Assembly: GCA_964655705.1 (NCBI GenBank) | Contig: CAZZPP010000001.1 | Location: 90,534-154,533 of the forward strand | Reading direction: 5' to 3' | DNA: 64,000 bases | Origin: an uncultured Candidatus Saccharibacteria bacterium | GTDB lineage: Bacteria; Patescibacteriota; Dojkabacteria; SC72 | Part shown: positions 62,603 through 64,000 of the stretch, piece by piece | How positions within the stretch are numbered: position 1 is the stretch's first letter | Layout of the letters: each line of letters starts with the position of its first letter | Program-made: the position numbers and the translations under genes | Notes under the pieces: generated by a model | What the model was told of the DNA's origin: nothing | The model's database searches: none | What the model saw: the letters and a program-made list of their open reading frames with translations, nothing else

Positions 62603-63770
62603 AGAAAAGAATATTTTATATATCGTACATTCATATCATTCTTTCCAAAAAGATAGTATAGAGGCTTTAGCTAAAGAATTTAACAATGTATATGTAATAG
62701 TAAGATATAAACCCATTGCTGAGATATCAAAATATTTACCAATAAAGAGTCTTAGTATACATACCAGAGAGCATGCAATACAGGAGGAAGGGAAGCCTGA
62801 GAATGTTCATCTATACACAGCTCCCCTCTGGTATCTGCCAATCAATTTTTTTTACAAATTTCTAGGGGATTATCACTTTAAAGTAGTAGATAGAATTATA
62901 AAAAGAGAGAAAATTAAATTTGATTTAATTCATGCACATTTTACATGGACCTCTGGGTATGTTGGAATGAGGCTTAAAGAAAAATATAATGTGCCCTTTG
63001 TTTTAAATATTCATAGTAGTCGAACGCTAGAGGAAGAACTAAAGTTCAAAAATAAAAGGGCAATCTCTATATGGAAGAGTGCAGATGCAATTATTAGGGT
63101 TAATAAAGAAAATATTGAAGAACTAAAGCAGTACAATAAAGAGACATACTATATCCCAAATGGCTTTAATCAGAATTTGTTTTTTCCCACTAGTAAAATG
63201 GAAGCTAGAAAATCTCTAAATCTAGATTTAGATAAAGAGATACTTTTATCAGTAGGTCATTTAGATGAGGTTAAGGGTCATATTTATCTCGTCCATGCTG
63301 TTAACGAGTTGATAAAAAAGAAAGGATTAACTAATCTGAGGTTGTATATAGTAGGCGAGGGGGAATATAGAAAAAGTTTAGAAAAAAAGATAAAAGATTT
63401 CGGGCTTGAGGAATATATATATTTAGTTGGTAAAAAATTTCACCAAGATTTACCTGCTTGGTTTAATGCTTGTGATATATTTGTTTTACCAAGTTTGTCA
63501 GAGAGTTTTGGAATTGTTCAACTAGAGGCCTTGGCTTGTGGTAAGCCTGTAGTTGCTACACTTAATTCTGGAAGTAAACAACTCATTACTTCAGATCGAT
63601 TAGGCTTACTGTGTAGGGTTGGAGATCCACTTGATCTAAGTAAAAAATTACATTTAGCATTAAGTAAAAGATGGTCTGATGCAGAAATTATTAAATATTC
63701 ACAGAGATATACTTGGAGTAATATAGTTAAAGAGTTTTTATCAATATATAGAAAGATATTAGAGAAATAA
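62595..63770 (+). CDS. glycosyltransferase family 4 (GT-B)
   Basis: E-x7-E motif SESFGIVQLEALACGKPVVAT. Confidence 0.85.
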   Translation: MFKEKNILYIVHSYHSFQKDSIEALAKEFNNVYVIVRYKPIAEISKYLPIKSLSIHTREHAIQEEGKPENVHLYTAPLWYLPINFFYKFLGDYHFKVVDRIIKREKIKFDLIHAHFTWTSGYVGMRLKEKYNVPFVLNIHSSRTLEEELKFKNKRAISIWKSADAIIRVNKENIEELKQYNKETYYIPNGFNQNLFFPTSKMEARKSLNLDLDKEILLSVGHLDEVKGHIYLVHAVNELIKKKGLTNLRLYIVGEGEYRKSLEKKIKDFGLEEYIYLVGKKFHQDLPAWFNACDIFVLPSLSESFGIVQLEALACGKPVVATLNSGSKQLITSDRLGLLCRVGDPLDLSKKLHLALSKRWSDAEIIKYSQRYTWSNIVKEFLSIYRKILEK

Positions 63771-63771
63771 T

Positions 63772-64000
63772 ATGATTGATTTTGTAAAAAAAATAATAAA
63801 TAAATATATTGGGGATAGTGCATATAAAAAGAATATCCTTTTAATGTCAGGTGGAAGAGTAGTAGCACAATTAATACCTATATTAATTACTCCCATTATT
63901 ACAAGAATATATTCACCTGAAGAATTTGGACTATTTGCCGTCTTCTTAACAATCGCTTCTTTTATTGCGATGATTTCTAATGGTAGATACTGTTTAGCAA
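63772..64000 (+). CDS. polysaccharide flippase (Wzx/MOP-family), 5' partial at window end
   Basis: ATG at 63772 immediately after the GT4 stop; N-terminus KNILLMSGGRVVAQLIPILITPIITRIYSPEEFG matches the first TM hairpin of Wzx/RfbX flippases. The ORF runs off the window. Confidence 0.5.
   Translation, partial: MIDFVKKIINKYIGDSAYKKNILLMSGGRVVAQLIPILITPIITRIYSPEEFGLFAVFLTIASFIAMISNGRYCLA

Overview
This is a 64-kb AT-rich bacterial chromosome segment (roughly 30% GC judged by eye, not computed). It uses the standard genetic code: TGA, TAG and TAA all appear as stop codons. It is gene-dense, with many 1–40 nt gene overlaps and mostly SD-poor start regions. That compact, reduced-genome style fits a Patescibacteria/CPR-like or other low-GC organism, but the lineage cannot be proven from sequence alone.

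The first ~28 kb is housekeeping-rich:
- Translation and RNA genes: glycyl-, lysyl- and seryl-tRNA synthetases, TrmD, MiaA, tRNA-Glu(CTC) and tRNA-Pro(GGG).
- Transcription factors: a GreA and a divergent second Gre-family paralog.
- Small-molecule and RNA hydrolases: NrnA, a 2H phosphoesterase, HIT and Nudix proteins.
- Cell-envelope proteins: an L,D-transpeptidase, a DsbA-like oxidoreductase and a ferredoxin.

Interleaved with these is an accessory-looking patch at about 16.4–21.7 kb, containing:
- a HigB/HigA-like toxin–antitoxin pair beside tRNA-Pro;
- an ECF sigma/anti-sigma pair with a σW-type promoter;
- a repeat-containing surface protein whose DUF1566-like C-terminal ~120 bp is strikingly GC-rich and rich in NNC codons, and is followed by a 9–10 bp hairpin, which is the architecture of a diversity-generating retroelement (DGR) variable region;
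- a 310-bp intergenic region packed with perfect palindromes.

From about 28.3 kb to the window end is a single glycan-biosynthesis locus of roughly 36 kb:
- more than 12 glycosyltransferases (GT2, GT4, GtrB/DPM1-like);
- a Wzm/Wzt ABC exporter;
- a GtrA, a HAD phosphatase and a decaprenyl-phosphate phosphoribosyltransferase (UbiA family), next to a large GT-C-like membrane protein;
- rmlBACD dTDP-rhamnose genes, interrupted by a DUF4143 AAA ATPase;
- a Wbp-like set (dehydrogenase, Gfo/Idh/MocA oxidoreductase, DegT aminotransferase, hexapeptide acetyltransferase, 2-epimerase) consistent with UDP-2,3-diacetamido-uronic acid synthesis;
- a fused glutamine-amidotransferase/PP-loop sugar amidotransferase;
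- a GT2 gene broken by an in-frame TAG;
- the start of a Wzx-type flippase.

No CRISPR array, rRNA, integrase or transposase was found.
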